A stretch of DNA of 64,000 bases from an uncultured Trueperaceae bacterium (GTDB taxonomy: Bacteria; Deinococcota; Deinococci; Deinococcales; Trueperaceae): positions 160,001 through 224,000 of the forward strand of contig CAVSGP010000002.1 of the NCBI GenBank assembly GCA_963727505.1, given 5' to 3'. Below are positions 19,071 through 28,808 of the stretch, in pieces. The position numbers and the translations under genes were made by a program. Each line of letters begins with the position of its first letter. Position 1 is the stretch's first letter. A model generated the notes under the pieces. That model saw only the letters and a list, made by a program, of their open reading frames with translations. It searched no databases and had not been told where the DNA came from.

Positions 19071-19745
19071 TCAGCCGCCGCGAGGGGTTGCCTCGACGTC
19101 CTCCAGTACCTGCCGCAGCTTGACCAGGCGGTGCGCCCCCACGACGCCGCGCACCATCGCGCCGTTGTAGATGATCGTGCCCTTCCCAACGATGGTGCCA
19201 GGCGCGAGTACGGCGTTGCAGCCGATCGACACGCCGTCGCCGAGTGCGGCGCCGAACTTCCGGACGCCGATGCCGCGACCATCGACCTTGACCTCCTCGC
19301 CGGTGGTCTTGAAGTTCGCGAGCTTCACGCCGGCGCCCAGGTTCACATCAGACCCGATGACGCTGTCGCCCACGTAGTTGAAGTGCGGAGCGCGAGCGCC
19401 ACCCAGGAGCACCGAGCGCTTCACCTCCGAGGCGTGCATCACCCTGGCGTCCGGCCCGAGCACGACGGGGCCCCGCAGGTACGCGGCATGCCCGACCTGT
19501 GCACCCGGCGCCATGTAGACCGGACCCTGGAGGTATGCGTAGGGCCCGATGCTGGCGCCCTCAGCCAGGTACAGCGGACCTTCGATGATCGCGGTCGGAT
19601 GCACGCTTCCCAAGCGCGCGGGGGACAGTTGCGACGCGAAGGCATCGAGCCGGTCGAGCACCTGCCAGGGCGACGCCACGTCGAGCAGCGCGCGCAGCGG
19701 CTCGGGAACCCGTGCGAGATCGAACAGCTCCGCTGTCGTCGGCAT
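19071..19745 (-). CDS. Stand-alone left-handed beta-helix acetyltransferase (GlmU C-terminal-like)
   Basis: Hexapeptide repeats; PWQVL; HFNYVGDSVIG..VNLGAG...AN; RKFGAALGD; TACACT lies 5 nt before the ATG. Confidence 0.8.
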   Translation of the reverse strand: MPTTAELFDLARVPEPLRALLDVASPWQVLDRLDAFASQLSPARLGSVHPTAIIEGPLYLAEGASIGPYAYLQGPVYMAPGAQVGHAAYLRGPVVLGPDARVMHASEVKRSVLLGGARAPHFNYVGDSVIGSDVNLGAGVKLANFKTTGEEVKVDGRGIGVRKFGAALGDGVSIGCNAVLAPGTIVGKGTIIYNGAMVRGVVGAHRLVKLRQVLEDVEATPRGG

Positions 19746-19871
19746 GCCCCAGTGTAGCCTCCGGCCACCCTCGGGCCGCGAGCGCCGGCCGTGCCCGCCG
19801 GCCCTGCCCGCCGGCCGTGAGAGCCCGGCGTTTCCGCCCGCCGGCCCCGACGGGATAGAATCGGCGCGGCC

Positions 19872-20741
19872 GTGCTCCATCTGATCTATAACCCCGTCGC
19901 CGGGCGAGGCCGGGCGAACGCCGCGCTGGTGCAGACGCGGGCGTTCCTGGACGCCCGCTCGGTGCCGTACCGGGTCCTGTCGACGGAGGCGCCGCGGCAC
20001 GCCACACAGCTCGCCCTGGACACGCCTCCGGACGCGACGGTGGTGGCCGTCGGCGGCGACGGCACGGCCCACGAGGTGGCCCGCGCCTGCGTCGGCACGG
20101 AGCGCACGCTGGGCGTGCTCCCGGTCGGTTCCGGCGACGACTTCGCCTTCGCGCTGGGCATGCACCGGAACGATCTGGCGGGCGCGTTGGAGCGACTGAT
20201 CGCCGGCGAGGTCCGCCTCGTCGACACCGGCCGCGTGAACGGCGAGCCCTTCGTGAACGCGGCCGGCGTGGGATTCGACGCCGACGTCGCCACTCGGGTC
20301 GCGGGCGCGCCGCGCCGGCTCCGCGGGCTGGCGGCCTACCTCTGGGCCGTCATGACCGCCCTCGGCGCGCTGGACGCTGCACCGGTCGAGGTCTGGGTCG
20401 ACGGCGAGCGGGTCTACGCAGGCCGCTCGCTGCTCGTGTCCACCCATCTCGGCCCACGCACCGGCGGGAGCTTCCTGTTCGCCCCCGACGCGTCGCTCAC
20501 CGATGGCTTGTTCGAGGTGCTGGTGGCCGGCGGCCTGGGCCGCCTGGGCACGCTGGCGCTGCTGCCGCGCGTCATGCGGGGCGCCCACCTGGACCACCCG
20601 GCGGTCCATCTGTTCCGCGGACGTCACGTAGAGCTTCGCTGGGAACGCGACCAACCCGGCCATGCGGAAGGCGAGCCGCTCGCGGCCGCGCGCACGTTCC
20701 GCCTCGACCTGGCGCCGGCGTCGCTGCGCGTCCTGACTTGA
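19872..20741 (+). CDS. Diacylglycerol/lipid kinase family protein (YegS/BmrU-like)
   Basis: YNPVAG; GGDGT; PVGSGDDFA; GVGFDA. Confidence 0.88.
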   Translation: MLHLIYNPVAGRGRANAALVQTRAFLDARSVPYRVLSTEAPRHATQLALDTPPDATVVAVGGDGTAHEVARACVGTERTLGVLPVGSGDDFAFALGMHRNDLAGALERLIAGEVRLVDTGRVNGEPFVNAAGVGFDADVATRVAGAPRRLRGLAAYLWAVMTALGALDAAPVEVWVDGERVYAGRSLLVSTHLGPRTGGSFLFAPDASLTDGLFEVLVAGGLGRLGTLALLPRVMRGAHLDHPAVHLFRGRHVELRWERDQPGHAEGEPLAAARTFRLDLAPASLRVLT

Positions 20742-20815
20742 GGCCTCGGCCCGGCACGACCGCGCCGGGCGGACGTGCGCTCCGCGCCCACCGTGCCTAC
20801 CACCGCGCCAACACG

Positions 20816-20845
20816 AACGGGGCCCCGCTTTCGCGGGGCCCCGTT
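20816..20845 (-). terminator. Intrinsic terminator hairpin downstream of slpA (possibly bidirectional)
   Basis: Perfect 13-bp stem aacggggccccgc/gcggggccccgtt with a GAAA loop on the minus strand, between convergent genes. Confidence 0.8.
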
Positions 20846-20880
20846 GTTGGCGTGTCTACGCCGAGTGTCCTACGCCGTGA

Positions 20881-23820
20881 TCAGAAGTTGACGGTGTAGG
20901 TGATCTGGAACGCCTGGGCCGACGAATCGGTCGGCGTCGTGGCCGTGTTGTGGTTCTGGTACACGCCGTACGAGAACTCGAGGTCGTAGTAGTTCCAGAT
21001 GACCTCGTAGCCGCTCGTGTTCTGCTGCGTGTCAGTACCGGTGAACACATCGCCGTTGGAGATGTCAGAGGCGTTGTCGCCCGAGGAACCCGTGAAGGTG
21101 TTGGGGTTCGTCTCGATGTTCTGACCGCTCCAGGAACCGTACTTGGCCGTCAGCGCGCTGTGGTCGAAGAGGAACTGGTTCAGGACCAGTCCGACGCTCC
21201 ACTGCAGCTCATTGGCCGTGTAGGTCTGGGCGTTCGTGTGGCTGCTGGTGCGGTAGTTGACCGCGCCCATCAGACTCGGCTTCAGCGGGACGTTGAGGGG
21301 CGTCGTGCTGAGGCCGGTACCCACCTGGATCGTGGACGTGTCATCCGCGACGTACGTGTGGGTGATCGTCTCGTACTCGGCGTACGGAGTCAGCGTGACG
21401 ATGGAGACGTTGAGCGTGTAGTCGCCCTTGGCGTCGATCGTCGTGGTGTTGTAGCTCGCACCGGTCTGCTTGTAGGTGGCCTCGAGGTTGAGGCCCTTGA
21501 TCAGTGCGTTGTCCGCCGAGCCGTCGTGCTTCAGCGTGACGCCGAAGCCGGTGTCGTAGTTGTTGTCCAGCGAGACGTCGCCCATGGCCGGCAGGAGCGC
21601 AACGCCGTTGGCCTGGAGGTTGCTCTCCAGGTCCCCGACCTGCGTGCCGTCGATGGTGACGTTGTGGAAGAAGCCGCTCAGGCTGAAGCCGGCGAACAGC
21701 TGGGCCGTCGCGTCGGCGCCGTAGGCCTGGACGCTATGGGTCGGGGTAGCCGTGACGTTGAAGTCGTAGCTGTCGTAGTAACCCGACACGTCGAGGATGA
21801 ACAGCCCGAGCGACGCGTTGACGCCGTAGCCGGTCTGGCCAACGGGGTTGCCTTCGCCGTCGGTCAGCGCGAACGGGTAGTTGCCGTCGTTGTTGTTGTT
21901 CGGCGCCATGTTGAACCCGTTGACTTCCCAGTTCTGCGGGATGTCGCGGTAGTTCACATCGAGGCTGTTGAGAATCGGGATGTTCTTGCCGTCGATGTTG
22001 AGCTTGGCGTAGAGCAGCGTGTTGCTGACGTCGTTAGCCGGCGTCACCTGGTCGGTCTTGCTGCCCTGGGCCCACTCGAAGCCGAGGTTGAACATGCTGA
22101 CGCTGGCGTTGGCGTCGACACCGTAGACCGTGTCCGTGATGTTGTTGTTGTCGACGTTGTCCTTGACGCCCGCGTTGGCCGCGGTCTGGGCGAAGCTGCC
22201 GCCGATCGTGATGCCCGTGAAGGGGTTCACGGTCAGATGAGCACCGCGCATGTAGGTGTTGCCGCCCGTGGTCGCGCCGGTGACGCTGTCGGCCATCGGA
22301 GCGGTGTAAGCCACCGTCAGGCTCGGGTTGATGAACTTCAGGAAGCCGGGCGAGGTGAGTGTCGCCACGAAGCCGGGTTCGTCCGTCGACACGATGTAGT
22401 CCGTGAACGTGGTGTCCACATTGGTGCCGAAGGAGAACGTCAGCGGGGCCGCGCCGATGCCATTGAACGTGGTCGTGAAGCCGTCGACGTGGAACACGTA
22501 GCCGGCGGTGGCGCTGCCGTCACCCGAGTACGGGTCGCCGTTGGCGTCGACCAGGGTGAGGCCCGTCGCCTTGACCATGCTCAGCGTAAGGACCGCGTCG
22601 AAGCTGTTGAGGGCGTTCGGGCTGCCAGTGCCGTTGAGCGAGGTGCCGAGGCTGATGTTCAGGTTGAGCGTCGCGGCGACGTCGCCAGACGTCTGGGTGA
22701 TGTCCTGGCGGTCCTGCGCGAGCTCGCCCGTGTCGGTCTGGTAGCCGCTGTCGCCTTCTTCGTCGGAGCCGAGTTCCTTGGCGCCGGAGCTGAAGATCGA
22801 ATCACCCATGCTGCGCGTCTGACCGACGCCGTAGGCGCGGTCCACGTCGAACGGGTGGCCCAGCGTGCGGCCGACGAAGTAGCTGAGCTCGATCGAGCCG
22901 CTGATGCCGAGCGGGTTGTTTTCGAGGGCAGTGACGCGATTCTGCAGGCCGGCGATGTCCTTGGTCTGCTGCTGGTCACTGGTCTCGAGGGCCGACACGC
23001 GATCGCGGAGAGCGACCTGGTCCCGGCGCAGCAGGATGACGAACTCGCGGATGTTCGCGATATCGCTCGAGTTGCGCTGGATGTCGCCCTGGACGCCGGA
23101 GAGGTCCACCGAGCCGCCGGCCGAGGTGGCCGGTTGCGAAGGCATGTTGTTCACCTTGTCGCTCAGCATCTGGATGACCTTGTTGGCGGCCGCGATGTCG
23201 GACGCGTTCTGCTGTGCCTGCGACATGGCCTGGCTGGCCAGGTCGTGGGCGTCGTTGGCGCGCTTGGCCGCGGCGTCAGCCTGGGCCTGCGCGGTGTCGA
23301 TGGCAACGCGCTGCGAAGCGATCTGGTTCTGCAGGTCGCGAAGGACCGCGGAATCCGTGCCGCTGGGCAGGTTGTTGAGCTTCTGCTCGACCTGGTCGAG
23401 GCGAGAGGAGTTGGAGGCGATCGACGACTTGTTCGCCGTCACATCGTCGGAGAGGCTAGCGATGGCGCTCTCCGCCGAGGATAGACGCACCCCTTGCGAG
23501 GCCACATCCGAGGCGAGACCCTGCACGGCGTTACGCAGCGATTCGATATCGGACTTCGTCATGGCCAGCGAGCTGTTGACGTTCTGGTTGACAACGTCGA
23601 GCAGCCGGCTGATCACGAGCGCAGCCTGGTAACGCGTGAAGGCTTCGTTGCCGCGGAAGGTACCGTCGGGGAAGCCGATGACGATGCCCAGGTTGGCGAT
23701 GCGGGAGACGGCGTCGGCAGCCCAGTGGTTCGCCGGAATGTCCGGGAACGACGTGCTGTTCTGCGCGAGAGCGCCACTCACCAGCGTCGCCGCCAGGAGC
23801 GTGAGTACGAGTTTTTTCAT
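20881..23820 (-). CDS. slpA: S-layer/outer-membrane protein SlpA (SLH domain, coiled coil, beta-barrel)
   Basis: Signal peptide; SLH motif FPDIPANHWA..GFPDGTFRG...TRYQAA; long coiled coil; beta-strand-rich C-terminus ending in F. Confidence 0.88.
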   Translation of the reverse strand: MKKLVLTLLAATLVSGALAQNSTSFPDIPANHWAADAVSRIANLGIVIGFPDGTFRGNEAFTRYQAALVISRLLDVVNQNVNSSLAMTKSDIESLRNAVQGLASDVASQGVRLSSAESAIASLSDDVTANKSSIASNSSRLDQVEQKLNNLPSGTDSAVLRDLQNQIASQRVAIDTAQAQADAAAKRANDAHDLASQAMSQAQQNASDIAAANKVIQMLSDKVNNMPSQPATSAGGSVDLSGVQGDIQRNSSDIANIREFVILLRRDQVALRDRVSALETSDQQQTKDIAGLQNRVTALENNPLGISGSIELSYFVGRTLGHPFDVDRAYGVGQTRSMGDSIFSSGAKELGSDEEGDSGYQTDTGELAQDRQDITQTSGDVAATLNLNISLGTSLNGTGSPNALNSFDAVLTLSMVKATGLTLVDANGDPYSGDGSATAGYVFHVDGFTTTFNGIGAAPLTFSFGTNVDTTFTDYIVSTDEPGFVATLTSPGFLKFINPSLTVAYTAPMADSVTGATTGGNTYMRGAHLTVNPFTGITIGGSFAQTAANAGVKDNVDNNNITDTVYGVDANASVSMFNLGFEWAQGSKTDQVTPANDVSNTLLYAKLNIDGKNIPILNSLDVNYRDIPQNWEVNGFNMAPNNNNDGNYPFALTDGEGNPVGQTGYGVNASLGLFILDVSGYYDSYDFNVTATPTHSVQAYGADATAQLFAGFSLSGFFHNVTIDGTQVGDLESNLQANGVALLPAMGDVSLDNNYDTGFGVTLKHDGSADNALIKGLNLEATYKQTGASYNTTTIDAKGDYTLNVSIVTLTPYAEYETITHTYVADDTSTIQVGTGLSTTPLNVPLKPSLMGAVNYRTSSHTNAQTYTANELQWSVGLVLNQFLFDHSALTAKYGSWSGQNIETNPNTFTGSSGDNASDISNGDVFTGTDTQQNTSGYEVIWNYYDLEFSYGVYQNHNTATTPTDSSAQAFQITYTVNF

Positions 23821-24034
23821 GCTTGGGTACCCCTTGAACTCTGAGAGTCGAATTCGTTTCGCGACGGTGTCACAAGACCTTAGTGATGCAGGGTTGCGGG
23901 AGTGTCCTTGTTTCCTCGCCGCTTCTGCACATGCGGTGCCTGGGATTCCGTCGAGACTCGCCTGACGCAGGGACCGGTTCAAGGTAGTGCACCTCCTTCC
24001 GGGTGCGGCCCCAGGCCACGGACAAATCCGGCCT

Positions 24035-24063
24035 AGTATCCCACAACGATGAGGGGGTGTCAA
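24035..24063 (-). promoter_or_regulatory. Sigma-A promoter of slpA
   Basis: TTGACA-17 bp-GATACT with an extended TG on the minus strand; implies a 5' leader of about 205 nt. Confidence 0.65.
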
Positions 24064-24221
24064 GCTGGATGAATCAATTATGAGAGGGAGAATCCACGCT
24101 CGGTATCGCAGAAATCGACTTTGTGAAGTCGCGCACTCATGTTCTACTCATGAGAGCGAAAGCGCCCCGTCCCGGACGGCGCCCGTGAAGATGAGGAACG
24201 CGAGAAGGTAGGATGCCCGGC

Positions 24222-25175
24222 ATGGCGCGCATCACCGTCCCCGAAGCCGAGGCCCTGCTGGACAAGGCGTTCCCCGTCCTCGACCACGGCTTCGTGCGGC
24301 TGGTCGACTACCTCGGAGGCGACACCCGCATCGTGCAGGCCGCCCGCGTGTCCTACGGCGAGGGCACCAAGACGGTGCGCGAGGACCGCGCCCTGATCGA
24401 CTACCTGCTGCGCAACCGTCACACCAGTCCCTTCGAGCAGGTGATCCTGACCTTCCACGTCAAGATGCCGATCTTCGTGGCGCGCCAGTGGATCCGGCAC
24501 CGAACCGCCCGTCTCAACGAGATCAGCGGTCGCTACTCCGTGATGCGCGACGAGTTCTACGTCCCGCGACCGTTCGAGGTCCGCTTCCAGAGCCAGCGCA
24601 ACCGCCAGGGGGGCAGCCAGGACGAGGTTCCCGACGAGCTGCGCGAGCGCGTGATCGAAGCGCTCCGTCACGACCAGGCGACGACCTACGGTCGGTACGA
24701 GGACCTCCTGGAAGACGGCATCGCACGCGAGCTGGCACGCATCAACCTGCCGCTGAGCCTCTACACCGAGATGTACTGGCAGATCGATCTCAACAACCTC
24801 TTCCACTTCCTGCGTCTGCGCATGGACTGGCACGCCCAGTACGAGATCCGCGCCTACGGCGACGTCATGTCGACCATGGTGCGCGCCGTTTGCCCGCTAG
24901 CCTTCGAAGCCTTCGAGGAGCATGCGCTGGGGGCCCGGACCTTCTCGGCCAGCGAGCTGCAGGTGCTGCGCCAGGCGATCGACGAGGCCGCGCTGGCCGA
25001 GGCGCTCGAGGCCAGCACGCTGCGCAAGACGCGACGGCGCGAGTTCCTCGACAAGCTGGCCGCGCCAACCGCTGCGCCCACCGCGCCCCCCGATGCGGCG
25101 GGCGCCGACGCCGCCGACGCCGGAGCAGCGTCGGTGTCGGAACCCGGCGCAACGGACGATCCCAGCGACGGCTGA
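24222..25175 (+). CDS. thyX: FAD-dependent thymidylate synthase
   Basis: HTSPFE; PIFVARQWIRHR; NEISGRY; RELAR..LP; HAQYEIR; TAGGAT lies 7 nt before the ATG at 24222. Confidence 0.95.
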   Translation: MARITVPEAEALLDKAFPVLDHGFVRLVDYLGGDTRIVQAARVSYGEGTKTVREDRALIDYLLRNRHTSPFEQVILTFHVKMPIFVARQWIRHRTARLNEISGRYSVMRDEFYVPRPFEVRFQSQRNRQGGSQDEVPDELRERVIEALRHDQATTYGRYEDLLEDGIARELARINLPLSLYTEMYWQIDLNNLFHFLRLRMDWHAQYEIRAYGDVMSTMVRAVCPLAFEAFEEHALGARTFSASELQVLRQAIDEAALAEALEASTLRKTRRREFLDKLAAPTAAPTAPPDAAGADAADAGAASVSEPGATDDPSDG

Positions 25176-25187
25176 GAGCGTCGCGTC

Positions 25188-25646
25188 GTGCGTTTCCGCC
25201 TGATCGCCGTCGGCCGCCTCAAGCGGGACTTCTTCCGTGCCGGCTGCCAGCACTACGTCGAGCGGCTGCAGCCGCTCTCCCGGCTCGAGGTGGTCGAGCT
25301 CAAGGAGGGCCGCTCGGGGGACGCCGCCGCCGTCCGTGAGGCCGAGAGCACCGCTCTGCTCGCAGCCTCCCAGGGACGTACCGTCGCCCTCGACGAACGC
25401 GGGAGGGCCTTCGACACCCGCACGCTGGCCGCCCACCTCGACGCTCTGGAGGTGCGCGGCATCAGCCAGATCAGCTTGCTGGTGGGCGGCGCCGAGGGAC
25501 ACGCACCTTGGCTCCGCGAACGTACCGAGGAGGCGTGGAGCCTCTCCCCGCTCACGCTCCCGCACGACCTCGCGCGTCTGGTCCTGTTGGAGCAGCTCTA
25601 CCGCGTCGAGACGCTGCGTGCCGGGCACCCCTACCACCGGGGCTGA
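25188..25646 (+). CDS. rlmH: 23S rRNA pseudouridine-1915 N3-methyltransferase
   Basis: IAVGRLK; LDERG; VGGAEG; SLSPLTLPH; EQLYR; HPYHR. Confidence 0.93.
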   Translation: MRFRLIAVGRLKRDFFRAGCQHYVERLQPLSRLEVVELKEGRSGDAAAVREAESTALLAASQGRTVALDERGRAFDTRTLAAHLDALEVRGISQISLLVGGAEGHAPWLRERTEEAWSLSPLTLPHDLARLVLLEQLYRVETLRAGHPYHRG

Positions 25647-25727
25647 TCACACCCGTGCTTGATTACACCCGTGGCTGACAACACCCGGGCTGAGGACGGA
25701 CCCGGTCTCAGCCCCGTTTCCCGTGGC

Positions 25728-26411
25728 TCAGTCCCCGGCTCGGTCCGAGCCCCCGTTCGGCGTGCCCGCGCCACCGCCGGCGGTCCCCTCCACCATCGCG
25801 AAGAGAGTGAACAGGTCGGTGGCCAGCGCCTCGAGCGCCTCGAAGGGAGCCGCCTCGGAGCCCTCGCACAAGACCAGCATGTGCCGGCTCCCCACCACCA
25901 GCATGGGGCTCACGCCCCGCCCCACGAGCATGCGCTGCATCACGCGCTGGACCGGCCGCGTGAGCCAGGCGCGTGCGGCATCCTCGTCGCGCGCGAAGAC
26001 GCTCACCTCGGCGTCGAAGTCGGACAGCTCGGACAGGGTCAGTCGACGACTCCCGGTCCGACCGGCCTCGATCGATTCGAGCACGGGGTTGCGCCTCGTC
26101 TGCGCCCGCAGGGGCGCGGCCGCGAGCGGCGCGGGCGCGCGCAGCAGCACGCCCGTGGCGAGCGTTCTCACGCTGCCGGTCGGGCCCGAGCGGGCGCGTT
26201 CCTGGTCGAAGAGGAAGAGGGTGGGCTGTCCGGAACGACGCAACCCGTAGAGGGGCTCCAACGCGCGCTCCCCCAGGTCGAGCCACTCCCGCAAGCGGGT
26301 CTCCTGTTGCTGCGCGTCCGCCAGCTCGAGCCGCCGCGCGAAATCGCGCCACTGCTCGCGCCGCGAAGGGTTCCTCTGGCGGCCGCGGAAGAGCATGGCG
26401 TATTCAACCAC
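25728..26411 (-). CDS. Hypothetical protein (start may be 26396)
   Basis: Uninterrupted ORF with protein-like composition, co-oriented downstream of the DUF59 gene. Confidence 0.65.
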   Translation of the reverse strand: MVEYAMLFRGRQRNPSRREQWRDFARRLELADAQQQETRLREWLDLGERALEPLYGLRRSGQPTLFLFDQERARSGPTGSVRTLATGVLLRAPAPLAAAPLRAQTRRNPVLESIEAGRTGSRRLTLSELSDFDAEVSVFARDEDAARAWLTRPVQRVMQRMLVGRGVSPMLVVGSRHMLVLCEGSEAAPFEALEALATDLFTLFAMVEGTAGGGAGTPNGGSDRAGD

Positions 26412-26445
26412 AGGCCCGCACGAAGGCGCCCCGCGGGGACGGAAG

Positions 26446-26778
26446 TCAGATGTTGAATCCGAACATGCGCATCTGCTTCTTGCCGTCGTCGGTCATCTTC
26501 TGCGGCGTCCAGGGCGGTGACCACACGAAATCGACCGACACCCGGCTGACGCCGTCGACCTTCATGACGGCGAGCTCGGCATCGGATTGGATGAGGTCCT
26601 GCACGGGGCATCCCATGCTGGTCAGGGTCATGTCGATGTTCACGTGGCCCTCGTCGTCCACATCCAGCTTGTAGACCAGACCCAGATCCACCACGTTCAC
26701 GGGGATCTCCGGGTCGCGCACCACCTTCAGCGCTTCGAGGATCTCCCCCTTCAACTGCTCCTTATCGAGGCCACTCAT
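26446..26778 (-). CDS. Metal-sulfur cluster assembly factor (DUF59/SufT/PaaD-like)
   Basis: DPEIPVNVVDLGLVY; MTLTSMGCP; WSPPWTP. Confidence 0.9.
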   Translation of the reverse strand: MSGLDKEQLKGEILEALKVVRDPEIPVNVVDLGLVYKLDVDDEGHVNIDMTLTSMGCPVQDLIQSDAELAVMKVDGVSRVSVDFVWSPPWTPQKMTDDGKKQMRMFGFNI

Positions 26779-26820
26779 GATTCACAAGCTAACAGACGCC
26801 GCCGACAGGGCGCGTAGCGC

Positions 26821-27423
26821 TCACGCCCCCTCGTCCTCCGAGCCCGCGGGCCGCACCATCCGGGTAAGCGCGTCCTCGGTCTGGGCCACATCGGCCGCCA
26901 GCTCGTCGCGCACCCGCACCACCCGCTCGTGGAGCGCGTCGATCCGCTCCTTATCGCGCGTCTCCATGGCCGCCAGGGCGTCCTGAAGGGTGCCTTCCAG
27001 GACCTGGAGACGCTCGGCGACATGGCCCTCCAGCGTCTCCGAGGCCGTGCCGATTCGTGAATCCAGGCTCTCCTTCGCCGCGCCCACCTGCGTCTTGAGC
27101 TCGGTGATCGCCGCCTCCAGCCGCCCCTCCAGCCGGTCGGCGGCCTCGCGCTCGCGCGACGCCAGCTTCGAGCGCGCGTCGGTGAGCTGGCGATCGAGCT
27201 GAGTCACCTGCCGCAACTGCGAGGCACGGTCGAGGAGGGCCGCCAGGAAGAACAGGACGGCCAGCGCCACCAGGGTCAGCAGGAGCACCAACCCGAGCGG
27301 CCCCTGCACCGTCACCACCAACAGCCGGATGGGTACGGGCTGCGTCAGCGCGTCGAAGTTGAACGCCGCCAGCAACGCCGCCAGCAGCACGACGACGGTC
27401 AGGAGGATGCCGCGGAATCGCAT
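26821..27423 (-). CDS. LapA-like membrane protein with C-terminal coiled coil
   Basis: TM-N-...-PLG-TM architecture followed by a long coiled coil. Confidence 0.7.
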   Translation of the reverse strand: MRFRGILLTVVVLLAALLAAFNFDALTQPVPIRLLVVTVQGPLGLVLLLTLVALAVLFFLAALLDRASQLRQVTQLDRQLTDARSKLASREREAADRLEGRLEAAITELKTQVGAAKESLDSRIGTASETLEGHVAERLQVLEGTLQDALAAMETRDKERIDALHERVVRVRDELAADVAQTEDALTRMVRPAGSEDEGA

Positions 27424-27516
27424 CGTGCTTCGACTCTACCAGGCGCGGCGCGACCCGCCACGCTCGGCTGGCACCGCGCGCGCGCCGCCTTCGGGCGGCG
27501 GCGGCCGGCCGCGCCC

Positions 27517-28578
27517 TCACCACTCCGCGAAACGATCGCGGTGGACGACCAGCGCCAGGCCCAGGGCCATCAGGGTCGAGATCAGGCTGGTGCCGCCGTA
27601 CGACACCAGGGGCAGGGTGATGCCCGTGACCGGCGCCAGGCCCAGCGTGACGCCGATGTTGACCAGCACCTGAAAGCTGATGAGCACCATCACCCCCATG
27701 ATCACCAGCTTGTCCCGGTCCTTGGGACAGTCGTTGGCCATGGCGACCAGCCGCCAGAAGAGCACCCCGTACAGAAGCAACAGGGTCACCGACGCCACGA
27801 AGCCGCCCTCTTCGGCGAGCACCGGGAAGATGAAGTCGGTCTGGCGGAAGGGGATGAAGCCGAGCTGCGACTGGGTGCCCTTCTTGTAGCCCTTCCCGAA
27901 CAGCCCGCCCGAGCCCACCGCGATGGTGGACTGGATGACCTGGTAGCCGCTCCCCTGCGGGTCGGCCGAGGGGTTCACGAACGAGACCAGCCGCGCACGC
28001 TGGTACGCGCCGAGATGGGGCAGAACCACGGTGGGGACCGCCACCCCGAGGAGCACCACGGCGACCGCCAGGTGCCGCCAGGGGATGCCGCGCACCAGCA
28101 TCATGCCGGCCCCGATGGCGGCGATGACCAGGGCGGTTCCGAGGTCGGGCTCGAGCACCACCAGCGCCAGCGGCGGCAACAGCAGCAGGATGGGGCGGGC
28201 GTAGTTGAGCGGGCCCCGCAACGGCCGCTCGTGCATCGCCGACGCCATCACCAGGATCAGCGTGAGCTTGGCGAACTCCGAAGGCTGGAAGCCCGGAAGC
28301 GGACCGAGGTAGAGCCACGACTTCGCACCGTTGACGGTGGTCCCGATGGCGGACACCGCGAGCAGCAGCACCAGGCTGAGGACGTACAGGTAGGGGACCA
28401 GCCCGGTGATCCGGCGCCAGCCCAACCACAACAGCCCCCCCGCCATGGCCAGGCCTGCCACCAGGAAGACGCCCTGGCGGAGCAACTCGTGCGGCGGCGC
28501 GGCGCTGCTCAAGGTGGCCAGACCGGCCGCCAGGAGCAGGATCACCACCGCGGGCAGACTGAGGTCGACGCGTGCCAA
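27517..28578 (-). CDS. rodA: Rod shape-determining SEDS protein RodA
   Basis: GAKSWL; FQPSEFAK; EPDLGT; YQ..QS.IAVGSGG; TDFIF; TGITLPLVSYGGTS; TTG start after a purine-rich RBS (alternative start 28626). Confidence 0.9.
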   Translation of the reverse strand: MARVDLSLPAVVILLLAAGLATLSSAAPPHELLRQGVFLVAGLAMAGGLLWLGWRRITGLVPYLYVLSLVLLLAVSAIGTTVNGAKSWLYLGPLPGFQPSEFAKLTLILVMASAMHERPLRGPLNYARPILLLLPPLALVVLEPDLGTALVIAAIGAGMMLVRGIPWRHLAVAVVLLGVAVPTVVLPHLGAYQRARLVSFVNPSADPQGSGYQVIQSTIAVGSGGLFGKGYKKGTQSQLGFIPFRQTDFIFPVLAEEGGFVASVTLLLLYGVLFWRLVAMANDCPKDRDKLVIMGVMVLISFQVLVNIGVTLGLAPVTGITLPLVSYGGTSLISTLMALGLALVVHRDRFAEW

Positions 28579-28808
28579 CGCCTTCCCTCCCCTTCCTCGG
28601 CGAGAGCTGTCTCGCTCGCGCTCCACAGCCTACCAACCCGGCCTCCGTGAGCGCCGGGTGGCGGCGTCACGGTCGCCCCGCAGCGGGCGTCCTCGAGGAC
28701 ATGGTTCGCGCCTTCCCGCCCCCCAACGAGGCGCGGGGAGGGACCGCGCGGCGCGGGCGTCAGGTGCGCGACCTCCCGGCCCCGCCGGCGACCGCATCCT
28801 ACGGCTGG

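Noticed and set aside
23821..24063. 81-aa N-terminal extension of SlpA in the ORF track
   Set aside because: The signal peptide and RBS define the start at 23820; the TTG at 24063 is the -35 box
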